DNA from: Tubiluchus corallicola
Taxonomy: Eukaryota; Animalia; Priapulida
NCBI GenBank assembly: GCA_030141605.1
Contig: JAQGDQ010000919.1
Coordinates: 1 to 64,000, forward strand
Length of the DNA: 64,000 bases
Reading direction: 5' to 3'
Under the pieces are notes generated by a model. It was not told the DNA's origin. It did no database searches and saw only the letters and a program-made list of their open reading frames with translations. Both the position numbers and the translations under genes were made by a program. Numbering within the stretch: the first letter of the stretch is position 1; each line of letters starts with the position of its first letter. Below, piece by piece: positions 1 through 12,178 of the stretch.

Positions 1-143
1 TTTGTTATCGAGGCTGTTGATCTGCCTGGCCGTCTTCTTGGTCACAGCAGGTAGAAAAATGATCAACCTACTATGACCAAGATGACCACTAGGCAGATCA
101 ATTTGTGAGTAGCCAACAAGCTGACAAAGTGTGGTCACCCCTG
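1..143. mobile_element. Terminal fragment of a hAT-like MITE, cut by the window edge
   Basis: Ends in AAGTGTGGTCACCCCTG, the reverse complement of a CAGGGGTGACCACACTT hAT-type terminus. Confidence 0.45.
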
Positions 144-314
144 ATTTAGAGGGGGGGATTCCCGGATTTTAGTTTCAGCTTAGGCTCAGTAGTACACGCC
201 TCAATCATTGGCTATTTCATCATTTCATCAGATGTAGTGTTCTTATAGATCAGATTCATGGATAAGAAAAAGAGGAAGATTGAAGAAGAACAGCGAGTCA
301 AGACAGATTAATAT

Positions 315-597
315 GCACTGTACTACACAGACTGTGTAATACACATTACTAATATGCATTGTAATGAAATTACCACTATCTGTCGTGAGAGTAGAAATAT
401 ATGGTTTGTAATATAAATTTTAATAACTTCTAAAATAGTTTCTTGAGGGTAGTAGTAATGATGTCCGCAGGTCGGATGCAAAAAAATCATTATTAGGCTT
501 TTCTGTACTTGGCTGTTTGATCAAACTGCCTGTGGCCCGCAGGAATTGCGGGAAAGTTTAATGTGGCCTGGCTAGTCAGATAATTTGCACACCCCTG
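315..597. mobile_element. Truncated copy of hAT-like MITE family A
   Basis: Close match to the right half of 3269-3732; ends GATAATTTGCACACCCCTG. Confidence 0.8.
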
Positions 598-1007
598 GGT
601 TAGGCGTAAGTACTTTGAATATGGAAAACATTTTGATGTCTTATAACCATAATTTTTATGAATATTCGATTATGGATAAAACTGATACATTTGCAATGTG
701 CTTGCAGAACCTATTGCCATCAAGGCAACAGCTTTATTTCTTTTTATACACGTTTGCTATTGTACACCAGCAGCTGGAAGGCCCCGGGTTCAATTCTTGA
801 GCTGGTGCATGCCAGTTTTTCGGTCTATTTAAGACTTACAGTACACGCACCCAGTAATGACGCTGGAATCAATAAATATTCACTTGTAATATTTACTTGT
901 GGGCCAAATGTAACTTGAATGGATATCTTAGCAGAGAATCGAGATGAATTGATCGTCTTGCACATTTAGATATCGTACCTGTGCAGCATCCCAGAACATT
1001 CATGGTA

Positions 1008-1122
1008 CTGGACATGCAACGGACAATGGAACGGACATGCAACGGACAATGGTACTGGACATGCAACGGACAATGGAACGGACATGCAACGGACATGCAA
1101 CGGACAATGGAACAGACATGCG
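1008..1122. repeat. Short minisatellite of GGACATGCAAC / GGACAATGGAAC units
   Basis: Alternating 11-12 bp units directly visible. Confidence 0.8.
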
Positions 1123-1650
1123 TAGCTCATCTTTGACAAAGTGCTAGTGTGACGGGAACACAAAAGAATTTCCTTCATAGCATATGGTGTTCTCAGAAAT
1201 CTTTATTTCTATATATAAAAAAATGAAAATAATAAATTTGACTGCTTTCACTGCTTACAAATGTATAATGATCTAATTATTATAATTTAAAACAATAAAA
1301 GTAAATATTACTCACATCATGCGGCTATAACAACTTAATACATCCTTGGAACGTCATACTGGTTTACAGCAAATCAGGTAAAGACGCTACAAATAATTAC
1401 TTGAAAATTTATCTAAACATTATTTAACATTTACTGAGTCTTCTGTAAGCGTGTTTAGTGAGGCTCAACCTAATTTACAACTTCACAGGTAAGTTCACAT
1501 AGGTGCTGCCACCTACATGTTAAGACCAGAGACTGACCTTAACAGCTAGGCTTTTGATAGGTCACACAAAATGTTCGTTACGTGCGCAGGAATTACGTCA
1601 TGACTGATCATGTTAAAGTAAGAATGAATTTTTCATCTGTGTTTTTATAG

Positions 1651-1754
1651 AAAAGGAAGTGACAAGGAATCTTCCGGAATCTGTGCATTCAATGTGGGCT
1701 GCAGTGATGAGACAGGACAGTTTGATTGATCAAACCCCACCAACAATTCATGTG
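1651..1754 (+). CDS. TMEM245: TMEM245 internal coding exon (first one seen in the window)
   Basis: ttttatag acceptor and gtaagt donor; open frame KEVTRNLPESVHSMWAAVMRQDSLIDQTPPTIHV ends in phase 0, matching the next exon. Low-conservation region, so support comes from splice signals and phase only. Confidence 0.6.
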
Positions 1755-1826
1755 GTAAGTCAGAGATGCAGTTTGTTACTCGATTTTTGTCTGTATCTGC
1801 CATGTAACTTCTGTATTACTACTTAA

Positions 1827-2284
1827 CCCTTTCATACCCGTTGTATCCCGTGGGATACGAGAATATTTTCTGCCTTTAAAATTAATAAAATTTTAAAACT
1901 GACAGTTATTTGATCTGTTAATAGTTATTTTGATTTAAGTCAATAACAAGAGACTAAAAATGGTGATAAAATGGCAAACTAGAAAATCTACATTGCATAA
2001 AAACTGCGCAAGGTACAGTACTTTAGAGACGACTTTGTACAGATCAGCATAGCATGCATACTAAATGTCTTAAATACTTAAAAAAATTATCAGCGGTTTA
2101 CATTTTATGCTTCCATTGAATCCCAATGTATTCCGTGAGATACAGGTACAGGCTATATTTAGCACGCGGGCACAGGTAGGAAAAAATAATTATTATGTGT
2201 AAACAAGATGGATGGATATACTGAACAAAAGTACCAAATCAAAAAAAAAATTCTTATTAAAAAAATAATTTGGGACTGAAAGGG
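1827..2284. mobile_element. piggyBac-like MITE family P1
   Basis: TTAA|CCCTTTCA ... TGAAAGGG|TTAA; near-identical copy at 45312-45769. Confidence 0.9.
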
Positions 2285-2288
2285 TTAA

Positions 2289-2879
2289 TCCTTATAGGGT
2301 CACGATTTTTTACAACCTATTTTGGTAACCATAATTCGTAAATTACTTTTGATAAACCGCCGTGTTTCATTAGTAAACAGCAACAGCCTAATTTGTGGTT
2401 ACGCTGACCACCATAGGATACATGATACCTCTGCTTAAAGACATGTGACTTACTAGTAATACGAAATTTAAATTCACTTAGTTACGTTCCCTTGTCTATG
2501 CTGGAATAACTGTAGACAACCGACATTGCTAGCGCGTGTGCAAAAATCAGTGTTATTTTGAATTTATTGTCTACTACTTTCTTCTTTTAGGTGGAGTAAT
2601 TTGAGTAACTGACATTTTGTTTTATCAGATACATCGCCCGTATAATATATAGACAAGCGAAGTAAAGTTTCGACTATTTTAAAAAATCGACATATTGCAT
2701 TTTCACTTTTATTTCGTGGTGAGACAATGCGCCTAAAATAAATAACTGCAAGTATTTTGTGCACAAAACATATTTAGAAAAAGTCATAGAAAAGCTTTAC
2801 TGGGATGCGTATGGTAAAAGGACAAAATGCAAAATACCTGTCTGGGGGTAATTTTTTACCCCCGGTGACCCTATAAGGG
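2289..2879. mobile_element. piggyBac-like MITE family P2
   Basis: TTAA|TCCTTATAGGGTCAC ... GTGACCCTATAAGGG|TTAA terminal inverted repeats. Confidence 0.85.
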
Positions 2880-2980
2880 TTAAAACTTGTTATGTAACTT
2901 AGTAAAATCTTGTATTTTGTACGAGGATACCTCTAGAAACTCTATAATTTTTATTTTTTCATTTCTATTCCATTTTTTAG

Positions 2981-3179
2981 GCAAGTGCAGATGGAGAAGA
3001 AAATGAGCTTGACGATAATGATTTTCAAGCCGAAGATGCTGCGCAAGATGGAGACACTATAGTCCACAAAGCTTTTGTAGCAGTCGGGTGGGGTCTCCTC
3101 TTTGCTCATTTATTGCGGAATCTCTGGGTCATCTATCTACTACCTGTGCCAATTGGCATCGTGTTAATTAAAAGGACAG
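2981..3179 (+). CDS. TMEM245: TMEM245 coding exon
   Basis: ag/gtaag; ASADGEENELDD...LLRNLWVIYLLPVPIGIVLIKRT resembles the TMEM245 NLWIVQLLPVPIAVWILKK motif; phase 0 to 1. Confidence 0.92.
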
Positions 3180-3268
3180 GTAAGAGATGGTTATCTCATT
3201 CAGGATAATGCAGCTTTTTATTCAAAAACTTAGAAAATCGTCTGTGTGTCAGTCTGTTCATCCTAAAC

Positions 3269-3732
3269 CAGGGGTGTGCCACTTGCGGCCCACCGAGAGA
3301 ATTTGTGCGGCCCTAATGAAAGTGCAGCCCGGGTGATTAATTGAGTGTATCCAGCTGAAGTCCGTGCCACGATCCCAAAGATAGTGCGGTTAGTTTTTTC
3401 TACTAGATCGGATGCCATTGACCCTTACAAGACGGTTGTAGCTTAATGTCACTGTACTACACAGACTGTGTGATACACATTACTAATATGCATTGTAATG
3501 AAATTACCACTATCTGTCCTGAAAGTAGAAATATATGGTTTGTAATATAAAGTTTAATAACTTCTAAAATAGTTTCTTGAGTGTAGTAGTAATGATGTAC
3601 GCAGGTCGGATGCAAAAAAAAATCGTTATTAGGCCTTTCTGTACCTGGCTCCTTGATCAAACTGCCTGTGGCCCACAGGAATTGCGGGAAAGTTTAATGG
3701 GCCCGGCTAATCAGATAATTTGCACGCCCCTG
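3269..3732. mobile_element. hAT-like MITE family A
   Basis: TIR CAGGGGTGTGC...GCACGCCCCTG; 8-bp TSD TCCTAAAC/GCCTAAAC; four copies in the window. Confidence 0.9.
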
Positions 3733-3966
3733 GCCTAAACAATTTTCAGTAAATGTTTTCAGTTAGAAATTTAAAACCCCAAGGCGGTAATTCACTGTAG
3801 AAGATGTAACCTGCTAGTTTTGACTAAAATCCAGCAAACTCTGCTTTTCTCCTCCATGCTTTTAAATGAAAATGACATTTTTCTAACATATTCTGTGTCA
3901 AACATCTAGGAACTCAAGCAGAATTAAGTCAGAAGTAGTGGCGATGTGTCTTTTCATGTTCAAAAA

Positions 3967-4327
3967 AATAAGCCTTTTCACAGTTTTGCTATGCGCTTTC
4001 GGAGTTGCTGTAGGTCAAAGATTAAGTCTACCCCAGAAACACGTCTTAACTACAACCTTCTTGTGACATGTAACTACAACCTTCTTGTGACATGTAGGCA
4101 AAGTAAAGCCATATGCTGCATCAGTTCAGTAAACTTCAGTTGTGACGCCATTTCCTTGTTGTTTTATGTGGAATTCACTTAATTACGCATTTGCCTGCTG
4201 TTACATGGGTTGCGAGGTGTCGTCAAGTGTACACAAATGCATTGTCTGATTTTGCACACTAAATGCACACTTAACCTTTGACCTTTTCACGATCATCACC
4301 AATTGCTGAAAGTGAAAAAGGCTTACT
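3967..4327. mobile_element. Unclassified MITE family C (inverted relative to the other copies)
   Basis: TIR AATAAGCCTTTTCACAGTT...GTGAAAAAGGCTTA; related copies at 6675, 16160 and 27774. Confidence 0.7.
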
Positions 4328-4339
4328 TTTGAAAACTTT

Positions 4340-4796
4340 CAGGGATGAGAATTTTCTGCGGATACGCGGAATTCCGAGTTTTTGGAAGACCAGTAAATCA
4401 CGTAAATTCGTTGAGAAAATTTTTACAGACCCAGTACATTATTTCACAAGCTGACCGCTAGTTGGCAGGCCGTCACTTTGTTTACATCAGTGTAACCACG
4501 TGTATATCTCTATGTATAAAAATATAGAATCAATTGTGCGGAGTTATTTGAGTCAATTGCAGACAATTTTTGAGACAATTAGGTATCATGTATCCTTGAT
4601 AGTCGGGTATTTTAAATTATGCATGAAACAAGGTAACTGATATTTTAAGTCCACTTAGAGGCTCTCTATGGTCACAAAATTGTAATTGTTGCTGGCTCCA
4701 AGGGCTTTGCCTCCTTGAACCCCCACGGGGGTCTATGCGGCCCCCAAACCCCCGGCCTGTTTCAAAGTTTTTTGCAATTTGTCGTTCTCATCCATG
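4340..4796. mobile_element. MITE family B (CAGGGATGAGAAT termini)
   Basis: TIR CAGGGATGAGAAT...TTCTCATCCATG; highly similar to the copies at 5728, 24056 and 25451; TSD degenerate here. Confidence 0.88.
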
Positions 4797-4819
4797 ACGT
4801 ATTTTCCTTGCCATTTCAG

Positions 4820-4968
4820 GTCGCTATTTTGGATTGTGGTCGTTTCTTCGTGAGAAGGCAGCCGTCGTTTGGAAGAGTGCTACTGATTGGTTGAAGACGC
4901 GCGAGAGCGCCGTAGCTCCGAAGCCTGTACAAGCTGTTGGAAATTTGTTTATCAGAGGGGACAAAAAG
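4820..4968 (+). CDS. TMEM245: TMEM245 coding exon
   Basis: tttcag/gtacta; GRYFGLWSFLREKAAVVWKSATDWLKTRESAVAPKPVQAVGNLFIRGDKK; phase 1 to 0. Confidence 0.9.
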
Positions 4969-5059
4969 GTACTAAAGTGGTGCAGTTTGCTAGTTACTTG
5001 CATTTGATATTGAAAAATAGTGTTTGATAGGATCCTTATCGTATATATTAATTTTGCTG

Positions 5060-5164
5060 TATATATATATATATACATATATATGTAATTATATGTATAT
5101 AATAATATATATTTAATATATAATATATAATAATATATAATATATGTAATTATATATAAATATA

Positions 5165-5199
<35 letters not shown>

Positions 5200-5480
5200 A
5201 TTCGAGGCTACAGCTCCGACGACGGCACCATTTGCAGCGATCTATACATCAAACGAAAGGTCTCGATCTAGTGTTGTCTCATTGGGGGTTTATTTTTCGA
5301 ATCAGGCCCACCGGGACGAACAGTGGGCGAAAAACCTCCAAAAATGGCCATTTTTCGGCCGTTTTTTGCAAAAGTTATACCTCTTATTTCTGGAGAACGG
5401 GAACGGGCCGGGGGCGATGCCAGCTATGGATAGATAGCCCGTTCAGCTTTGGGTGTAGTAGGTGTATTTAGAATTTGTGA
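5060..5480 (+). mobile_element. (TA)n tract plus a dispersed repeat, putatively Helitron-like and non-autonomous
   Basis: TATATAAGATTCGAGGCTACAGCT...AAACGAAAGGTCTC shared with 21110-21505; no TIR or TSD seen; classification tentative. Confidence 0.55.
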
Positions 5481-5727
5481 ATTCGTAAAATATATTAAAA
5501 ATATTAATTCTAACATTAAAAAAATATTGTAAATCATAAAAAAATACCATTTACAGTAAATACGTGTTGTACTGCAGCTGTTATAATAAGGACTGCTAGT
5601 AATTGTTGGCTTACGACATGTGTAACTTATGACTGTACAGCCCAAACACAAGTTAATTTATTATATAAAACTAACTAAATTCATATTTTCTTCGATTTTT
5701 TTAACAGATTCATTTCAAATCTTCATC

Positions 5728-6224
5728 CAGGGATGAGAATTTTCCGCGCATACGCGGAATTCCAAGTTTTTGGAAGACCAGTAGTGCCATTTTTGTAAAT
5801 CGCGTAAATTCGTTGAGAAAATTTTTACGCACCCAGTACATTATTTCACAAGCTGACCGCTAGTTGGCAGGCCATCAGTTTGTTTACATCACGTACATCA
5901 GTGTAACCACATGTATATCTCTATGTATAAAAATATAGAATCAATTGTGCGGAGTTATTTCAGTCAATTGCAGACAGTTTTTATATACTTTTGCATAGGA
6001 GCGGCCAGTACTTAGGTGTTTTTGAGACAATTAGTTATCATGTGTCCTTGATAGTTGGGTATTTTAAATTATGCATGAAACAAGGTAACTGATATTTTAA
6101 GTCCACTTAGAGGTTCTCTACGATCAGAAAATTGCAATTTATTGCTGGCTCCAAGGGGGCCTATTTGGCCCCAAAAACCCTGGCTTGTTTCAGAGTTTTT
6201 TGCAATTTGTCATTCTCATCCCTG
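5728..6224. mobile_element. MITE family B
   Basis: CAGGGATGAGAAT...ATTCTCATCCCTG; flanks TTCATC/TTCACC (6-bp TSD, 1 mismatch). Confidence 0.9.
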
Positions 6225-6460
6225 TTCACCTGTTTGGACAAACTTGTCCGTAGGCGCCGACGTACCTTTTGTGTGTACATACAACATGCTACGCATAGGA
6301 GCATCTCTCCTATTACTCGTTGTTTTTGTACCACCCTGTAGAATGTTACATACCACCCTGTAGAAGCCTCATGTCACTCTAATACTGCAAAATTGCATCC
6401 TCCATTTTAGCTGATCAGAATTGTAGAATTTTTCTTAACATTGGATTATTTTATTACTAG

Positions 6461-6565
6461 CTTATGGAGGTGCTGTATGGTATGGTGGATAAGTACATGA
6501 GTATGGTGTCTGTTGTTGTTCTTCTGCTTGCGACCACATTTGGAACGATATTGCTAGCATTTCAG
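6461..6565 (+). CDS. TMEM245: TMEM245 coding exon (transmembrane helix)
   Basis: tactag/gtgtgt; LMEVLYGMVDKYMSMVSVVVLLLATTFGTILLAFQ; phase 0 to 0. Confidence 0.9.
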
Positions 6566-6674
6566 GTGTGTTTAACGGCTTTAATGTCTGTAGCGATCAG
6601 AGGATTGTAAGCAAGTGTAAGTAGCACTGTAAACAAGTGTAGCCACTCTTTTTTTGCACAATTTTTTTTTTTGT

Positions 6675-6994
6675 AATACGCCTTTTTCACAGTTCAACGA
6701 TAGATGACGATTGCGAACAGGTCAAAGGTTAAGTGTACTAGACAATGCGTTTTTGCAGTTTTAACAGCTAGCTAGAACCTTACCTGGCTCATTTTTTCTT
6801 GTTCCTAAGCAATATCTTGCTAGTAAATCACTCTACGCACAGACTAATACGTAATTAAGTACTGAGCTCATGCGGCAGACGGCTTCGGTTTACCCACATG
6901 TCTCATTGTACTTAAGATGCATTGTTGTGGTACACTTAACGTTTGAGCTACAGCAACTGCCAATACGCATAGTGAAACTGTGAAAAGCCTTATT
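6675..6994. mobile_element. MITE family C
   Basis: AATACGCCTTTTTCACAGTT...AACTGTGAAAAGCCTTATT terminal inverted repeats. Confidence 0.75.
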
Positions 6995-7219
6995 TTTATC
7001 ATCTCGGAGTCAAATTAAATTTTTTTTGCAAATATTCAAAATTTTGAAATTTGTGGTCATCTGTACAGCAAACATTAGAATAATAGCATGTTATGAGTTT
7101 GGTAATAACTGAAATGATATCATTGGTTACATTAATTTCACTTTTACATCTGTATACGTTTTGCTAACTACTCCAGCTTGCGGTATGCTGGTGTCATGGC
7201 AACTGATTTTCTGCTCTAG

Positions 7220-7302
7220 GTCCATTCTGAGAGCGTCCACCTGGTGTCAGTTGCGGGAACCTTCTTGAACGAAACCGTGCACAAACATCCGGAAATCAGT
7301 CA
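7220..7302 (+). CDS. TMEM245: TMEM245 coding exon
   Basis: ctctag/gtgcgt; VHSESVHLVSVAGTFLNETVHKHPEIS, compare [26 protein letters not shown]; phase 0 to 2. Confidence 0.93.
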
Positions 7303-8194
7303 GTGCGTCTTTTTCTTCTATTTTTTGTTACGCCAGTTTGCTGATCGGTCAACCGGGAGGGGGGAGGGGAGGGGTGGGGGGTAGGACCCTTCTTCAAATA
7401 ATTGAACTGACTTAACCCTAGCATCCTTCAAATAATGATCAGTCAACCCTATATGAAAGTTTCCCTTAAGTTGGATTTGAAACCTGGTACGATTGCATGT
7501 GACTCCTCCTCCTTACCCCCTAGGCCACACCATCGGTTCGTTTCTCGTTAATACATACAACTGGCATATAACTGTACTTATGGACAGTGTCCACTCTCGT
7601 AGCTAAGACTAGTTTTCCACCACTATTTTCCACCATTGTTTGAATATTTTGTAAAATGAAACCGACATTAAAAAGAAAATTTATACATAAATTTAAGAAA
7701 TAGGCTAAATTGTTACAGTTCAAGCTCGATCCGTTCCAAAAACAAAATCCGTTCTTCTTCTTTTTCTTTGCACAAAACGATTAGTAAAACATTAAGAGAT
7801 TGATTATGAGTCACAAACAAACGCTAGTTTACGCTTGCACAACAGAGTCGACGCTGTGTGAGCGACTGGGCTATCTTTACCTAGCGTGAGCTTTAGCTTC
7901 TTATACGCATGGTAGACCATATATCAAATTATCATGTTGTAATTTTGTCATTACTATTTTGTAAATATGCATTATATAATAATTGTAATGTATTTGTGAA
8001 CTTCGACCTATTCGTTAACCCGATAAATTAAACTACATTAAATTAAACTATCTCAGACAAGTGCACACGCGGCCGCATGTGCAGAACAGCCGAACGCCAT
8101 GTTGCTGACGCTGCGAAGCGTACAGTTCCATCACTGCTCTAGTTCCGTACAAAGATTTACAACTATTTCCAAGTATAAAGAAGGAATTAAAGGA

Positions 8195-8779
8195 AAAAGA
8201 CTCATTGTGTTGAATATTATGGATAATGCCGACTGAAAATAGGTTGTGGCGCAGTTTCACAGTGCCTATACACGACCTGTCACTGCTTATAGTAGTAAAA
8301 AGACTCGACTGAATATTAGGTTGTGGCGCAGTTTCACAGTGCCTATACACGACCTGTCACTGCTTATAGTAGTAAAAAGACTCATAGTGTTGAATATTAT
8401 GGATAATGCCGACTGAAAATAGGTTGTGGCGCAGTTTCACAGTGCCTATACACGACCTGTCACTGCTTATAGTAGTAAAAAGACTCATAGTGTTGAATAT
8501 TATGGATAATGCCGACTGAAAATAGGTTGTGGCGCAGTTTCACAGTGCCTATACACGACCTGTCACTGCTTATAGTAGTAAAAAGACTCATTGTATTGAA
8601 TATTATGGATAATGCCGACTGAAAATAGGTTGTGGCGCAGTTTCACAGTGCCTATACACGACCTGTCACTGCTTATAGTAGTAAAAAGACTCATTGTATT
8701 GAATATTATGGATAATGCCGACTGAAAATAGGTTGTGGCGCAGTTTCACAGTGCCTATACACGACCTGTCACTGCTTAT
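8195..8779. repeat. 103-bp tandem repeat, about 5.5 copies, one internally deleted
   Basis: GGATAATGCCGACTG recurs at 8221, 8401, 8504, 8607 and 8710. Confidence 0.95.
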
Positions 8780-9421
8780 ATCTGTAAATTCAGAAGACGA
8801 TACATTGTGTTTCTACTATCTGTTCTTTGTTTCCGTAGTCCTTATATTGAGATCTGTGGAAGTTGGAATTGTACATTGTATTTAGGTGCTGCCATCTATG
8901 TGCTAATCCTGTTACTTCCTACTGGCTGACTTACCTTCAGTATAATTGTATGATCCAGTGAATACATACACACTGGTCCTCTCCCTATCTAAAATTAATG
9001 GTTGTTGTGAAGCCTGTGCAACTCTGCATAGGTTAAGTTCTATACCTGTATACTGGCTGTGAAACAGGTTTTACTGACTGTTTTTGCTTTCTAGTTTTTG
9101 CTCAATGTTCAATGCAGCAGTTTTGCTACTCATGTTTTCTGTAGTTTAATAAACACTTTTCTGTTGTGTACAGTGCAAATATCTATAATAGATTTTTAGT
9201 TCCTATCCATACTTCTCTGTGTCTAAACTCAATCATAACAAACTGACTGAACAACAACTTCAATAACGACTTTCACAAGATCTTTAAAACATTTCGCTGC
9301 TCACTGTAACTTTTAACGTTTTTATTTCTTGCTCCATTTTTGCTTGACTTGTCTGTATGCGCGTATATCTACTAATGCAGATGTTGCACTGCATGCAATT
9401 AAAGTTTTTTGTTCCCACTAG

Positions 9422-9512
9422 GTGGCTCCCGGAGCGCGAAGAACTGGAGAAGAATGTGGATGCGTTTATTGACGATGCGTACGTCAGCGGTCGTCAGTGG
9501 ATTGTTACTAAC
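9422..9512 (+). CDS. TMEM245: TMEM245 coding exon
   Basis: cactag/gtaggt; WLPEREELEKNVDAFIDDAYVSGRQWIVTN, compare WLPE...YQYGREWITH; phase 2 to 0. Confidence 0.93.
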
Positions 9513-9709
9513 GTAGGTTTGCGTTTACTAGTAGAGTTGATTTCTACTTTTGCCCGGCGGTGTTTTGACACTTTCACACCAAAACTGAATTCCTTTGTTC
9601 TCGTCTGCCATTTGTCTAACAGTTTAATTTTAATTTTATAATTTTAACCTAATATTACGTGTAAACTGATATAGCATACTTTTAAGAATTAAATATCGTC
9701 CGTTTTATT

Positions 9710-9930
9710 TCACAACAATTGTTTGGGTTTTACGGTGACAAACAAAGTCATCATTTTTGCTTAGCATAACAGTTTATTGTTTGTATACCATCTTCACATC
9801 ACATGCCCTTTCGTCATTTACTTCATATCTGACACTGAGATGCCATTACCCAAAATTATACATTTTATCTGAAACAAGATATATAAATTCCTTTAATAAA
9901 CTAATTCATTTCTTATCAAAAGATCGATTA
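9710..9930. repeat. Unclassified dispersed repeat
   Basis: Diverged match to 62825-63090 (GGTGACAAAC..AAAGTCATCA..GCTTAG; ATTCATTTCTTATCAAAA). Confidence 0.6.
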
Positions 9931-10411
9931 CGATTAAGTGAAATTACCGAGAGACTTACAGTAAATAACTAAATAAAATTTACATACATCGTTGGCATTA
10001 AATTGTGAGTTACACAGAAACACGTCATCACTTGAAACTTGAATGACCGGAAATTGACTAGGATGCAAATATTGAAGCCAGATGTCGCCACTTGTAACTG
10101 TAAAACGCTACATTAAATTTAACAAACAAAAATCCTTGACAACAATAGTCAAAACTGCTGCTGACTTTGTGCCAAAACACTCGTATTATATCTTTGGTTC
10201 TATCCCGCCATTTGTTCCGCAATTTAATTTCTAACAAATATATTAGTGCTTTTGTGTGTATCCCCAGGATGCATGGAAACGACGCCATCTATGTGTTTAG
10301 ACGTTTTCACTTTATCTGCACCTCCCGAGGCTAACATGCAAAAATTGGTATAACTATATGTTTGATTTTTTTTATTATTTAACATTTTATTTCAAACCTT
10401 ACAAAGTTCAT

Positions 10412-10736
10412 ATGATGATGATGTTCGTCCTTCGAATCGAAGATGACCATAGTGACAGGGATAAAAGGTCAGTTTGGGGGGTTGTCATTCCTTTGATGAG
10501 CTCCAAGGTGACTGACTAGGCCAATTCTGGCCTGGAAACTTCTTTGGCATTTGGCACAGGTGAGGCTGGGTGTTTTGACCTGTTGTTGGACAGTGTCACA
10601 CGCCTTGCGTCTCCTGCGCTTCTCCTCTGCCTCCTCAATTCTTTTCGCCTCTGCTGTCTTAGCCCCTGTGGTCATGGCACTCCACCATGCTGAGCGATCT
10701 TGTGCAAGGGTTTCCATTGAGCGGATTTCCATGCTG
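10412..10736 (-). mobile_element. 5'-truncated RTE-clade (BovB-like) LINE 3' end
   Basis: ETLAQDRSAW...EEKRRRRK...CAKCQRSFQARIGLVSHLGAH C-terminal zinc finger, a short 3' UTR and a (CAT)n tail. Confidence 0.85.
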
Positions 10737-11290
10737 ACATATAGTTTATATACACATCACAAATTAATACAAATAATACAATAAATCATGACACACAACA
10801 ATAACACAAATAACAATTAACGATATAACAAACTACGCCAATGACGTCTAATTACAGAAGTAAAGTTTACACCACTGTTTAAAATGTTCTTGCATATAAA
10901 ATTTTCACTCTTATTCAGCCTGACGTGTAAACAGTATGCACATTTTCTGTGAATCACATCAAAATAAATAATATTAAGTCTAGTAGAAATATATCTAGCG
11001 CTCGTATCATATGAAAAGTTAAACAGCTTCCGTGTTGATACATTATATGCAACCTTGAGTTTGCTAAGATTGTAAGAATAAAAATGTCTCCAAGTGGACA
11101 TACAATGAAAACTACTGCAGTAAACATTAAACAATTGTCTCTTCACGTTAACTGGACAGTGGTCAAGTTTCATGAGTAATTTATTGTGCTGCCGTCGAGA
11201 AACTTTACAATGAACAGAACAAGGTTGTCTCTTTGACCAGTCTCTGCCCAATGCAGTCTGACCAGTAGATGAACATAAGTGTCATTTTAA
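10737..11290 (-). mobile_element. Non-LTR retrotransposon (CR1/L2 group) ORF2 C-terminal fragment and 3' UTR
   Basis: ORF 10817-11251 KRQLFNVYCSSFHCMSTW...KLKVAYN..RKLF is typical of the post-RT region. Confidence 0.75.
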
Positions 11291-11495
11291 AGGAATGATA
11301 CAACGTCCAGTCACTAGTGACTTCAGGAACAAAAATTTGTAATAATATTATTTAAAGAAGTATAGCATGCAAAGTTCGGTTTAGACTGTAGGACTCAGTG
11401 TGAAATTATGCTAGTTAGGTGCTAATTTTGTTTCCGTGCAGTTTGGCATCCACACCGATAAGGTTTATTAGCATTTGCCGATAAAGTTTGCTTAA

Positions 11496-12178
11496 AGCAC
11501 AAGAAAACCCTTCCTAAACGTAAAGCTTGAAAAATTCGTTTTGAAATTTTATATCGCTTACATACTGCCTTTTTGCGTGCAGGACTTCAATCAACAGTCA
11601 CGCCGTATAAAACATGTAAATTTAAACTCCCGTGATGACCGTTAGACGCAGCCATTTTTACGACAGGTCATTTGAAACAAGTTTAGATAACATTTTGTAA
11701 AGTTTGAAAAAATAATCAGAACATTCGTAGCATACACGTCACTAACTAAATGAAATTTAAAATTACTGTATCTTGTCAATAAGATTTAAAACACGTTTTT
11801 GGTTAGTGAGTGGTGCACCCTGGAGGGTCAGTCAGCGACATTTTACCAATTGGTGAAAACATTTCAAATAATTAATAATTTTCTTTTCTAGTTACATAAG
11901 TCTTTCTAGCAGTTAAGCAAAAATCTAAGTAATATAGATTTGCACGGAAAGTCTTTTGAGACATAATTTGACATTGCCTTTTCTTCCCGTGATTTACGTT
12001 TGGTGCATGACGTCATGTAATGGCGACTTCGGAACAGTATTGCGGAAGATTTAAAATGAAAACGAACTAAATTTCCTTTCACCGCGAGTACGATATACGC
12101 ATAAAATTACTATAAAGTAGTATAATTTTTTAAGGCGATTTTTCTGAAACCTACTTCAGGTGCCCCTTTTCTTGTCGT
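11496..12178. mobile_element. Kolobok-like non-autonomous element family K1
   Basis: TTAA|AGCACAAGAAAA...TTTTCTTGTCGT|TTAA; copies at 53647 and 60778. Confidence 0.8.

Noticed and set aside
585-918. Short ORFs as an upstream TMEM245 exon
   Set aside because: No recognisable similarity or convincing splice pair; the region overlaps a MITE end and a SINE-like B box.
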